DNA of 64,000 nt, from assembly GCA_045541375.1 (NCBI GenBank), contig JAZQJB010000087.1:6327-70326 (forward strand), written 5' to 3'. Shown piece after piece: positions 46,041 to 55,077 of this stretch. How positions within the stretch are numbered: position 1 is the stretch's first letter; each line of letters starts with the position of its first letter. The notes beneath the pieces are model-generated. The model ran no database searches. It saw only the letters and a list, made by a program, of their open reading frames with translations, and was not told the DNA's origin. The position numbers were made by a program, and so were the translations under genes. This DNA comes from Eubacteriales bacterium. Its GTDB lineage: Bacteria > Bacillota > Clostridia > Oscillospirales > CAG-272.

Positions 46041-46733
46041 ATGTATACCAAAATTCTTGTTGTCGATGATGACAGCTATATTTGCGACCTTCTGAAGACA
46101 TCTCTCGAAAAGGAAGGCTATGAGGTACGCACCGCACCGGACGGTTATCAGGCTATCGATGTATTTAAGAAATACGAGCCCGATCTTGTTCTCCTTGATA
46201 TTATGCTTCCCGGTAAGAACGGCAAAGACGTTTGCACAGAACTCCGCAAGTTTACAAACAAGCCTATCATTATGATCACCGCTAAGGGCGAGGTCGTTGA
46301 TAAGGTCGTATGTCTCGAGCTTGGCGCCGACGATTTCGTTGTTAAACCCTTTGATATGAGCGAACTCTTCGCACGCATCAAGGCGGTTCTCCGCCGTTGC
46401 AATACCCATGACGATCCCGATGACGATGAGGTTATTAAGTTCGAAAACATCGAGATCAGCAAGCAGAAGTATGAACTCAAGCTCAACGGCAAGAGCGTTG
46501 ATATCCCCCCCAAGGAGCTTGAACTGCTTTACTTCTTGGCTTCCAACTATAACCGCGTTTTCACAAGAGATCAGCTTCTCGACAAGGTTTGGGGCTTCGA
46601 TTATCTTGGTGACTCGCGTACTGTTGATGTACATGTTAAGCGCCTCCGCGAAAAGCTTGAAGGCGTATCCGATAAGTGGGTGCTCAAAACAGTTTGGGGC
46701 GTAGGCTACAAGTTTGAATTGACAGGCAACTGA
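46041..46733 (+). CDS. OmpR/PhoB family response regulator
   Basis: VVDDD, LLDIMLP, GADDF..KPF, RTVDVHVKRLR, TVWGVGYK. Confidence 0.95.
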   Translation: MYTKILVVDDDSYICDLLKTSLEKEGYEVRTAPDGYQAIDVFKKYEPDLVLLDIMLPGKNGKDVCTELRKFTNKPIIMITAKGEVVDKVVCLELGADDFVVKPFDMSELFARIKAVLRRCNTHDDPDDDEVIKFENIEISKQKYELKLNGKSVDIPPKELELLYFLASNYNRVFTRDQLLDKVWGFDYLGDSRTVDVHVKRLREKLEGVSDKWVLKTVWGVGYKFELTGN

Positions 46734-46742
46734 TCCTGAACA

Positions 46743-46773
46743 AGAATACGCCCGAAGAGGGCGTATTCTTTTT
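46743..46773 (+). terminator. Terminator-like hairpin between response regulator and kinase
   Basis: AGAATACGCCC-gaaga-GGGCGTATTCT followed by TTTT. Confidence 0.65.
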
Positions 46774-46802
46774 AAAATTAAAAAATCGGAAAGGAGAAGG
46801 AA

Positions 46803-48293
46803 ATGTTTAAAAGTATTTACGTTAAATATATCGTGACGTTTATGGTAATAATAGGAACAAGCCTTATCCTTCTTCTTGCCATCATAGGTACGCTCGTTGA
46901 CGAATATTCCGAAACGTCAAAAAACGAGGCAGTCTCCGCCGCCGCAGGAGCCATCGGGCAGGGAATACAGACGAAATTGCAAAAATTCGGTTCAAGCGGA
47001 AGCTTTGCAACCTTTTGCGACCATTACGAAAACGACATCGACGTGCAGATAAACACCGTCAAGGCAATGGCAAATTTCCCTGTAACGGTATTTATTGCAG
47101 ATAGTGAAGGAAGCATACTCCTTGCGCGACCCGATGAAAACTGCGACTATCAGAATGGCGCGCAGATTCCGCGTTCTTTAATGGATGAGATAAACAACGG
47201 CGTTGAGCAGTCCGTTCTCAACAACCTCGAAGGAATATTCGATACTCCGCACGTTATAAGCGCCACTCCGATCTATCTGCGCAACAATTATGTCTGCGGA
47301 ACCGTTATCGTTTGTTGCGATATGGAATCCATCAGTGATTTCGCAGAGGTCCTTATCAAAACAGTAGCCATTTCCAGCCTTTGGGTAATGCTCGCGTCTT
47401 TGATCGCGATATTCTTCATCAGTGAAAGAATAATCAGTCCCCTTCGCGGAATGAGCCAGGCGGCAAAGAGCTTTGCAAAGGGAGAATTCAGCGTCCGAGT
47501 TCCCGTTGTCGGAAACGACGAGGTAGCACAGCTTGCCTCGGCATTCAACAACATGGCGCAAAACCTTGAGTCGCTCGATGAAATGAGAAATAACTTCATG
47601 TCGAGTGTTTCCCACGATATGAGAACCCCCATGACAACGATCTCGGGCTTCATAGATTGCATTTTAAGCGGTGCCATTCCTCCCGAAAAACACGAGTATT
47701 ATCTCAAGATCATCCGCGACGAAGTGCTAAGACTCTCCCGCCTTGTTGCAAGCCTTCTTGATATTTCAAGAATCCAGGCGGGCGATAGAAAGTTCGTTAT
47801 GGAACCCTTTGACATCTGCGAGATGGGACGCCAGGTCCTTATATCCTTTGAACAAAAGATCGATAAAAAACGCCTCGAGGTCGAATTTATCTGCGACGAT
47901 GACAATATGTTCGTAACAGGCGACCACGACGCGATCTATCAGATATTCTACAACATTACCGATAACGCTGTAAAATTCGCACACGAAAGCGGACTCCTTC
48001 GCATTTCGCTCACCAAAGATGAAAAGAACAAGGTCAAGATCTCCGTTTACAACGAGGGCGACGGAATCCCCTATGACGATCAGCCTTACATTTTCGAGCG
48101 ATTCTATAAGAGCGACCGCAGCAGAGGCAAGGATAAAACCGGCGTCGGACTCGGTATGTTTATAGCAAAAACCATTATTGAAGCGCACAAAGAGGTCATA
48201 GCTCTTGAGAGTGAGCCGGGCAAGTACTGTGAATTCTATTTCACTCTGCCGATCACTCCCGAGGACAAATTGCCTCAAAAGTCCCGCGAATGA
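46803..48293 (+). CDS. HAMP-domain sensor histidine kinase
   Basis: Two TMs, HAMP (DEVAQLASAFN.M), SHDMRTP, NAVKF, IFERFYK, GVGLG. Confidence 0.95.
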   Translation: MFKSIYVKYIVTFMVIIGTSLILLLAIIGTLVDEYSETSKNEAVSAAAGAIGQGIQTKLQKFGSSGSFATFCDHYENDIDVQINTVKAMANFPVTVFIADSEGSILLARPDENCDYQNGAQIPRSLMDEINNGVEQSVLNNLEGIFDTPHVISATPIYLRNNYVCGTVIVCCDMESISDFAEVLIKTVAISSLWVMLASLIAIFFISERIISPLRGMSQAAKSFAKGEFSVRVPVVGNDEVAQLASAFNNMAQNLESLDEMRNNFMSSVSHDMRTPMTTISGFIDCILSGAIPPEKHEYYLKIIRDEVLRLSRLVASLLDISRIQAGDRKFVMEPFDICEMGRQVLISFEQKIDKKRLEVEFICDDDNMFVTGDHDAIYQIFYNITDNAVKFAHESGLLRISLTKDEKNKVKISVYNEGDGIPYDDQPYIFERFYKSDRSRGKDKTGVGLGMFIAKTIIEAHKEVIALESEPGKYCEFYFTLPITPEDKLPQKSRE

Positions 48294-48302
48294 GGAAAAT
48301 TA

Positions 48303-49613
48303 ATGAACGAACACGATGAAAAGATTATCGGCGAAGAAGTGACCGAACAGAAGGAAGAGCCGACCTCTGAATCTTCCGGTGAAACTCTTCCCGAAACCAA
48401 TACTGAACAGAAAATCGAACCTGTGACAGAACCGGAACCCACAGCAGAAGTTTCCGCTCCACCCGCGCCTGTTGCAGATGTAAAGGAATACTGGAGCTTT
48501 TCCGAGCAGGTGAAGGCAGATAAAGCTGCACAGAAGAAAAAAGGTCGCCGCGGCGCGCTTGCCTACGCGATCATTATGACTTGCCTTTTTGTCGTCTGCT
48601 TTGCGCTCCTTGCAGTCCTGCTTATCACGGGATTCGGAACGGATAAGAATGTCGTTGAGGTTCCCACCGACGGAGCCTCACTTGCAGATCTTGTTGACAG
48701 CGTTATAGATTCCGTCGTTACGGTCGTTGTTGCCAAAGATGGCGGCACGGGATTCGGCAGCGGATTCGTCTACACCGATGACGGTTATATAATCACCAAC
48801 TACCACGTTATCGAGGGTGCGAAGAGCATCAAGGTAATGTGCACCGATGGCAGAGAACGCCCCGCAGAGCTGATCGACGGTGATGAACTTTCCGACGTTG
48901 CAGTCATCCGTGTCCTCAACCTTGGACTCACACCTCTCGCAATAGGCGATTCGGATACTCTTCGCGTCGGCGAGGACGTCATAGCAATCGGTACTCCCGT
49001 TGACACCGATTATGCGGGCACAGTAACAAAGGGTATCGTTTCGGGTATTAAGAGAACGGTACGCGTTTACGAATCTTCGGGTCTGCTTGAAAAGACTATG
49101 GAGATGATCCAGACCGATACCACCCTCAACCACGGCAACTCGGGCGGTCCGCTTCTCAATATGCGCGGCGAGGTCGTCGGAATCAATACGATGAAGTATT
49201 ATGCCTCCGACGCGGGCGATACTCTTTATTTCTCGATCCAGATCAATGATGCTGTTGCCATTGCCGACGATATAATCGAGGACGGCAAGTACTCGGGCAA
49301 CAAGGGCAGCGCAACACAGGGCGTACAGCTTGGAATTCAAGGCGGAACAGTATATAAGGGCGTTGAAACTCAAGTTGCGGTCGGTGTGGTTATAACCCCC
49401 GAGGTTGACGGCGTTTACATCTCCGCCGTAACCGAAGGATATCCCGCGCACGGCAAGATCGAGGCAAACGATATCATCGTTTCCTTCGGCGGCGTAAAGA
49501 CAGAAACGATCGAAGAACTCCGCGCCGAGCTCTTCAAGCATAAGGTCGGCGATACCGTTACTGTCGAAGTATGGAGAAACGGCAAGATAATTTCCGTTGA
49601 AGTTACTTTATAA
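48303..49613 (+). CDS. htrA: HtrA/DegP-family serine protease with PDZ domain
   Basis: TM anchor, GSGF, TNYHV, DVAVI, GNSGGPL, C-terminal PDZ. Confidence 0.9.
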   Translation: MNEHDEKIIGEEVTEQKEEPTSESSGETLPETNTEQKIEPVTEPEPTAEVSAPPAPVADVKEYWSFSEQVKADKAAQKKKGRRGALAYAIIMTCLFVVCFALLAVLLITGFGTDKNVVEVPTDGASLADLVDSVIDSVVTVVVAKDGGTGFGSGFVYTDDGYIITNYHVIEGAKSIKVMCTDGRERPAELIDGDELSDVAVIRVLNLGLTPLAIGDSDTLRVGEDVIAIGTPVDTDYAGTVTKGIVSGIKRTVRVYESSGLLEKTMEMIQTDTTLNHGNSGGPLLNMRGEVVGINTMKYYASDAGDTLYFSIQINDAVAIADDIIEDGKYSGNKGSATQGVQLGIQGGTVYKGVETQVAVGVVITPEVDGVYISAVTEGYPAHGKIEANDIIVSFGGVKTETIEELRAELFKHKVGDTVTVEVWRNGKIISVEVTL

Positions 49614-49619
49614 AATAAG

Positions 49620-49652
49620 ATCCGCAGAGCGTTTTGCTCTGCGGATTTGCTT
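49620..49652. terminator. Terminator between convergent genes
   Basis: ATCCGCAGAGC-gtttt-GCTCTGCGGAT. Confidence 0.7.
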
Positions 49653-51253
49653 TATCTGTTTATCTTTTTCATAATCGACTCGTGCGAGAGTCCGTATTTG
49701 TTTGCGATGTCGCGTGCATAGCTCTTGCCGTCGGGCTTTGCGCGATAGATCTTGAAGGAACGCTTGCCTTCGTCGATTCCCGCAACGAGCGTGTCGATCG
49801 GCGCACCGCCTTCAGCCGCGCATTTTTCGTTGATGTCATCAAGCATTGCGGCAAGCTCGTGAAGGTGGGTGGAGAAGAGTGTGCGACACTTTACAGCCGA
49901 GAAGCCCGTAAGGATCTCTGCGGCGATGTAGGAAGCCTCGTAAGAGCCCGTGGAGGAAAGCGATTCGTCAAGCAGAACGAGCGAATGCGATGTCACGCTG
50001 TCGAAGATCTCGCCAAGACGCGCGCATTCCTCACCAAGTCTACCTTTGTCGATAGTGTCGTCAGCACCGGTGGGGAAGTGGGTGTAGATGGCGTCAACCG
50101 GCGAGATGGTCGCACTTTTTGCGGGCACGAAAAGACCAAGCTGCATCATTACCTGAGCCATACCGAGCGCGCAGGTGATGACCGATTTACCGCCTCGGTT
50201 AGGTCCCGAGAGAATGTATATCGTCGCCTTTTCGTCAAAGATAAGGTCGTTTGTAACGATCTCATCGTCGATCTTGAGCGCAACTGCGGGGTTGTAAAGA
50301 CCGATTGCTTTGAAAGCTCTGTCATCTGCGGGAGCAAGCACAGGAACGCAAAGGTCGCATCCCTTTTCGCGCAGACGGCTCATAAGGCGAGTACCCTTGA
50401 TGAGAAATTCGATCTCGGGCATCAGGTTAAGCAGGAAGTCTGTGTTCTCGAGAACGTACTGCTGAACGATCTTCTTCCAGGAGCGGAGCGAGGACTTATA
50501 AACCTCGTTGATCGCTGTGTTGAAAGCAAGCGAAAGCGCGGTCTTCTGGCTTTCCGACTGCTTCTTGCCGAAGGGAACAAGACTCGCGATGCAAGTGTAC
50601 TCGTCATCCTTGAAATTGAGACGAAGTATCTTTTCAAGCACCTCTCCCGAACGGAAGGATTCGGAATTGATCGAAAGCACGCCCGCCGAGGAGGGACGAA
50701 GCTGCGCGTCAAGGTTGACACCCATCGTCACGCTCTTGATCTCGCGCACACGCTTTGTAAGCTCGCAGAGCTTCTCGTTGAGTTGGGCGTAGTAATCGCT
50801 CTCCGCAAGCTCGCTGATACGGTCACAGAGCGTTCTGAAGGCCTGTCCCTTAAGGTTGTCGCGAACTGCGTTAAGTCCGTCGTCAAGCGTGTCGATGCAG
50901 GAAATATAAAGCTCAATTTCGGTTATGCTCGAAAGATAATCATTGGGGTCACCGCTGTCAGCCTCCAGACGTCGAAGCTCCATAATATCCGAAAGGATGG
51001 GGAGCAGATCATTGAGTGTACGGATAAGCTCGGGGTTGTCAAGCATATCTCCGAAAGTCTCGCGGCGGTAATTGATGACCGCTTCGTCTGATGTAAAGAA
51101 TTCGGAAAGAGAGCCGTTCTTCAGATCAAAGATCTGCGAAAAGCCCATTTCGTCAAGAGTGAAATCCGAAATATCGGGGCGCACGCCCTCCGACATGTGT
51201 CGGCTGATGCTTTCGGCATTCGGATAAAGCAAAGAAAAATTAGTAAGATCCAA
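49652..51253 (-). CDS. MutS-related protein (domain V ATPase, no mismatch-binding domain)
   Basis: GPNRGGKS, GRLGEE, LLDESLSST, FSTHLHEL, SYARDIA; TTG start with AAAGGA RBS. Confidence 0.85.
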   Translation of the reverse strand: MDLTNFSLLYPNAESISRHMSEGVRPDISDFTLDEMGFSQIFDLKNGSLSEFFTSDEAVINYRRETFGDMLDNPELIRTLNDLLPILSDIMELRRLEADSGDPNDYLSSITEIELYISCIDTLDDGLNAVRDNLKGQAFRTLCDRISELAESDYYAQLNEKLCELTKRVREIKSVTMGVNLDAQLRPSSAGVLSINSESFRSGEVLEKILRLNFKDDEYTCIASLVPFGKKQSESQKTALSLAFNTAINEVYKSSLRSWKKIVQQYVLENTDFLLNLMPEIEFLIKGTRLMSRLREKGCDLCVPVLAPADDRAFKAIGLYNPAVALKIDDEIVTNDLIFDEKATIYILSGPNRGGKSVITCALGMAQVMMQLGLFVPAKSATISPVDAIYTHFPTGADDTIDKGRLGEECARLGEIFDSVTSHSLVLLDESLSSTGSYEASYIAAEILTGFSAVKCRTLFSTHLHELAAMLDDINEKCAAEGGAPIDTLVAGIDEGKRSFKIYRAKPDGKSYARDIANKYGLSHESIMKKINR

Positions 51254-51285
51254 AACTGATCATTCCTTTCTATCGGTTTGGTCAA

Positions 51286-51454
51286 TTAAGGCAATACCGC
51301 ACAATTCTGATGGTGCAATTGCGCCGTCAGAAATTTCGTCAGGGTGTACAAAATTCCGCAGGCAATAGTAGACCTATTGACAAGGGATTTTGTGCAGCTT
51401 GACGGAATTTATGCAAGCAAGTGTGCCGTCACGAATTGTGTGGTATTGCCTTAA
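51286..51454. repeat. 169-bp hairpin element bounded by TTAA (MITE-like or structured RNA)
   Basis: TTAAGGCAATACCGCACAATTC ... GAATTGTGTGGTATTGCCTTAA terminal IR plus internal paired arms. Confidence 0.8.
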
Positions 51455-51499
51455 ATATTATATCATATAAATTCCGAAAAGTATATAGCAAAATGTAAA

Positions 51500-52576
51500 T
51501 TAGTTGATCTTTTTGACGTTATCGAGCGTTCCGATATGCACCGTTTCCTCTTTTTCGTCCTTTTTGGGCTCTGTGGGAGTAAGTCCGGCAAGCGGATTTT
51601 TCGCCATTGCCGCCTCAACCTCGCTGTTGGAAACGTGAGTGTATATTTGCGTGGTGTTCAACTGCTCGTGACCGAGTATCTCCTTGAGCACGCGCACGTC
51701 AACGCCGCCCTTTGAATACATAAGCGTCGCCGCGGTATGACGCAGCTTGTGCACCGAAAGCCCGCGGTTGCCAAGCCCCGCCGCATCAAGGTACTTATAC
51801 ACCATCTTTTGCACCATACGAACGTCTATGCGCTTGCCAAGACGCGAGAGAAACAGCGCATTTTCATTCACGGTCGCAACCTTTTGCTCCTCACGCAGAG
51901 GAATATATTCTTCAAGTGACGCACGGCAGGCATCGTTGAAGTAAAGAATTCGTTCCTTATTGCCCTTACCGAGAATACGCACCGATCGCAAGAATCTGTC
52001 AACGTCATTTATGCTTATTCCCACAAGCTCCGAAAGACGCATACCGCAGTTGAGAAAGAGCGTGACGATGCACCAATTTCGAATTCTGATAAAATCCGTC
52101 TGCGATGTGTCGTTGTGCACGGTTTCGATGAAGTAAACGGCTTCTTCGTAAGACATATATCTCGGCAAACTTTTTTGCTTTTTCGGAGATTCAACCTTTT
52201 CTGCGGGGTTGTTGTCTATCATCATTCGTGTCTTGCAGTAGTACTTAAAGAGTGCCCTGATAGCACAAAGCTTTCTAGCCCTGACGTTTACTTTGTTGCC
52301 AAGCTCTCTTTCGCAGAAAAAGAGATAATTATATATGTCAGATACCTCTACCGACCGAAGAAAATCAAAGTCTATCTTGTCGATTTTTATCTTTTTGCCT
52401 TCTTCCGAAGTAGGATCTATACCGCTTCTGTCAGCAATAACAAATTGGAAAAACGCACGAATATCGCGCATATATTCGTTTACAGTCTGATGTGAGCATC
52501 CCGCAATGGTAGCCTTGTAGCTCGCAAAGTCCCTAAGTATCGGGGAGTACTCTTTGGGATTGTATTCTGTACTCAT
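51500..52576 (-). CDS. xerC: XerC-like tyrosine recombinase
   Basis: GMRLSEL, GKGNKER, HKLRH, LGHE.L.TTQIY catalytic set; no mobile-element context. Confidence 0.75.
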   Translation of the reverse strand: MSTEYNPKEYSPILRDFASYKATIAGCSHQTVNEYMRDIRAFFQFVIADRSGIDPTSEEGKKIKIDKIDFDFLRSVEVSDIYNYLFFCERELGNKVNVRARKLCAIRALFKYYCKTRMMIDNNPAEKVESPKKQKSLPRYMSYEEAVYFIETVHNDTSQTDFIRIRNWCIVTLFLNCGMRLSELVGISINDVDRFLRSVRILGKGNKERILYFNDACRASLEEYIPLREEQKVATVNENALFLSRLGKRIDVRMVQKMVYKYLDAAGLGNRGLSVHKLRHTAATLMYSKGGVDVRVLKEILGHEQLNTTQIYTHVSNSEVEAAMAKNPLAGLTPTEPKKDEKEETVHIGTLDNVKKIN

Positions 52577-52758
52577 TATATCACCTCGAAGAGATTATAT
52601 ATAATATTATACAACATTTCGCAAGATTTTAGTGGATAAAATGTAAATTTTCAGTTTTTTGTGTTGAATATTATTAGATAAAAGTATATAATTTATACGC
52701 TTGCGTTTCTGCAAGTCCCAAATTCGCAATTTACACAGCTTTTACGGAGGAATACACA

Positions 52759-53367
52759 ATGCGTGAATTTATGCAAAAACACTCATATAACGCAGTTCGT
52801 CTGTTTATTAATCAGATCGCGATATCGATATTCGGCCTTGTTCTCGCCATTGCTTGCGGCAGGGTTGAAAACGATACGCTCAAAATAATCACCAGCGGCG
52901 GCGCCATCATGTTTTATCTCTTCCTGACCTACGCTGCAATGTGGGAGGTCGGCTCAAAGGATAAGTTCGGCATCGACAACGGAACGAAGAAGGCAATGCC
53001 TCTTGCGGGACTTTACGTTGCTCTTCTTTCAAACAGCCTCAATCTCCTTCTTGCGATCGTGATCCTCGCTTGCAGCTTTGTACCCGAAGGAACCGCGCTT
53101 TACACAGCAGGCGCACTTGCAAAGGTCATCGCGCTCTTTATCGAGGGTATGTATACCGGTCTTCTTTCAATCGACGTCGGCGGTATGTCGCTCAACAACT
53201 ATTGGCTCTCTTATTTTGTAATAATCATCCCCTCGCTCATCACCTCTGCGCTTGCTTATTGGTGCGGCACGAAGGGCTATCACTTCTCGAAGATCCTCAT
53301 CCCCGAGAATCCCGAGGACGCTGAAATCAGAAGAGAAAAGAAAAAGGCAAGGAAAAAAGAACAATGA
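52759..53367 (+). CDS. Hypothetical membrane protein
   Basis: GGAGG RBS; about five TM segments; overlaps the next start codon. Confidence 0.7.
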   Translation: MREFMQKHSYNAVRLFINQIAISIFGLVLAIACGRVENDTLKIITSGGAIMFYLFLTYAAMWEVGSKDKFGIDNGTKKAMPLAGLYVALLSNSLNLLLAIVILACSFVPEGTALYTAGALAKVIALFIEGMYTGLLSIDVGGMSLNNYWLSYFVIIIPSLITSALAYWCGTKGYHFSKILIPENPEDAEIRREKKKARKKEQ

Positions 53368-53981
53368 ACTACAAGCACTTGATCTACGACTTCGACGGAA
53401 CTCTTTCCGATACCTACCCCTGTTTCACCGAAACTGTACTCGAGCTTATCAAAAAGTACGGCATTTCGGATACTTACGAAAACGTCTATTCGAATCTCAA
53501 GGTTAACGTCGGATATGCTCTCAAGCAGTATGATCTCGGCAAGGATGCTGCAGAGGCAAGACGCGATTTCCACGTTATCCACGACGAGCTTGCGCCGAAG
53601 ATCCAGAAGCCCTATCCCGAGGCAGAGGAGATCCTTCGCTATGCAATGGCACAGGGACACAAAAACTATCTTTACACCCATTCGGGCAAGATCGTAAAGA
53701 TCCTTCTCGAGCAGTGGGGAATTGCCGATTGCTTCGAGGATATCATCGACTCGACAATGAAATTCCCGACCAAGCCCGCTCCCGACGCACTCAATTACCT
53801 TTGCGAAAAGCACGGACTTGATAAAAAGGATTGCCTGATGATCGGTGACCGCGATATCGACACCGACTGCGGACGCAATGCGGGAATGAAGGGATGTCTT
53901 TTCGATCCCGATCATTACTATGATAAAGCGGACGTTGATTACCGCATCGAAAACCTTCTCGAACTGAAAAACATTATCTGA
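53364..53981 (+). CDS. HAD-family hydrolase (subfamily IA)
   Basis: DFDGTL, KPAP, IGDRDID. Confidence 0.9.
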   Translation: MNYKHLIYDFDGTLSDTYPCFTETVLELIKKYGISDTYENVYSNLKVNVGYALKQYDLGKDAAEARRDFHVIHDELAPKIQKPYPEAEEILRYAMAQGHKNYLYTHSGKIVKILLEQWGIADCFEDIIDSTMKFPTKPAPDALNYLCEKHGLDKKDCLMIGDRDIDTDCGRNAGMKGCLFDPDHYYDKADVDYRIENLLELKNII

Positions 53982-54006
53982 TTATAAATTTGAAAGGACA
54001 AATAAA

Positions 54007-55059
54007 ATGTCACAGAACATCGCAGAACTGAAGCAGGAATTTGCGGCAAAGCTTGCTGCCGCAGAATCTATGCAGACGCTCGAGGAGATCCGTGTTGATT
54101 TCCTTGGCAAGAAGGGAAGCGTGACAGAGCTTCTCAAGTCTATGAAGGACCTCAGCCCCGAAGAAAAGAAGACCTTCGGCCAGGAGGTAAACGTGCTCAA
54201 AAACGAGCTCGCACAGGCTATCACCGCGAAGGGCGAAGAGCTTCGCCGCGCAGAGCTTGAGCGCGAGGTCGCATCCATGCCCGAATTTGACGTTTCGATG
54301 CCCGCAGAGCTCGATCGCGGTTCCTTCCACCCCATCACACTCGTTCAGCGCGAGTGCGAGACTATCTTCAAGTCGATGGGCTTCCACGTTGAGGACTACG
54401 CCGAGATCGTAAGCGACTACGAATGCTTCGAGGCTCTCAATATCCCCAAGCACCATCCCGCAAGAGATATGCAGGATACCTACTACCTCACAAACGGTCA
54501 GCTTCTCAAGACACATACCAGTGCCGCACAGAACGCTATCTATAAGAAGTACCGCGATGACCTCGTAAACAACGGCGTACCGATCAAGGCGATCTTCCCC
54601 GGACGTTGCTTCAGAAACGAGGCAACCGACGCTTGCCACGAAAACACCTTCTTCCAGATGGAGGGCGTTATGGTCGATAAGAACATTTCGATCTCGAACC
54701 TCATCTTCTTCATGAAGACAATGCTTTCCGAGGTCTTCAAGCGCGACGTCAAGGTACGTCTCCGTCCCGGATTCTTCCCCTTCGTCGAGCCCGGATTCGA
54801 GCTTGACATCTCCTGTGCTATCTGCGGCGGAGAGGGCTGCCCCTCTTGTAAGCATTCCGGATGGCTCGAGCTCTGCCCCTGCGGTATGATCCACCCCGAG
54901 GTACTCAAGGCTGGCGGAATCGATCCCGAGGAGTACACCGGTTTTGCATTCGGTCTCGGACTTACCAGACTTGCAATGATGCGCTACGGCGTCAAGGATA
55001 TCAGAGACCTCAACAGCGGAAGCCTTAAGGTTCTTTCGCAGTTCAAGGAAGACAAATAA
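54007..55059 (+). CDS. pheS: Phenylalanyl-tRNA synthetase alpha subunit
   Basis: HPARDMQDT, THTS, FRNE, FFQMEG, FPFVEP, GFAFGLG. Confidence 0.97.
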   Translation: MSQNIAELKQEFAAKLAAAESMQTLEEIRVDFLGKKGSVTELLKSMKDLSPEEKKTFGQEVNVLKNELAQAITAKGEELRRAELEREVASMPEFDVSMPAELDRGSFHPITLVQRECETIFKSMGFHVEDYAEIVSDYECFEALNIPKHHPARDMQDTYYLTNGQLLKTHTSAAQNAIYKKYRDDLVNNGVPIKAIFPGRCFRNEATDACHENTFFQMEGVMVDKNISISNLIFFMKTMLSEVFKRDVKVRLRPGFFPFVEPGFELDISCAICGGEGCPSCKHSGWLELCPCGMIHPEVLKAGGIDPEEYTGFAFGLGLTRLAMMRYGVKDIRDLNSGSLKVLSQFKEDK

Positions 55060-55077
55060 GAAAGGACGGAAAGAAAA

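Noticed and set aside
51500-52576. Prophage/ICE integrase or integron integrase
   Set aside because: No phage or conjugation genes, adjacent tRNA, att repeats or cassette array; the sequence looks like a chromosomal Xer-type enzyme.
52577-52758. dif site next to the recombinase
   Set aside because: AT-rich divergent promoter region; no convincing 28-bp dif-like match found by eye.
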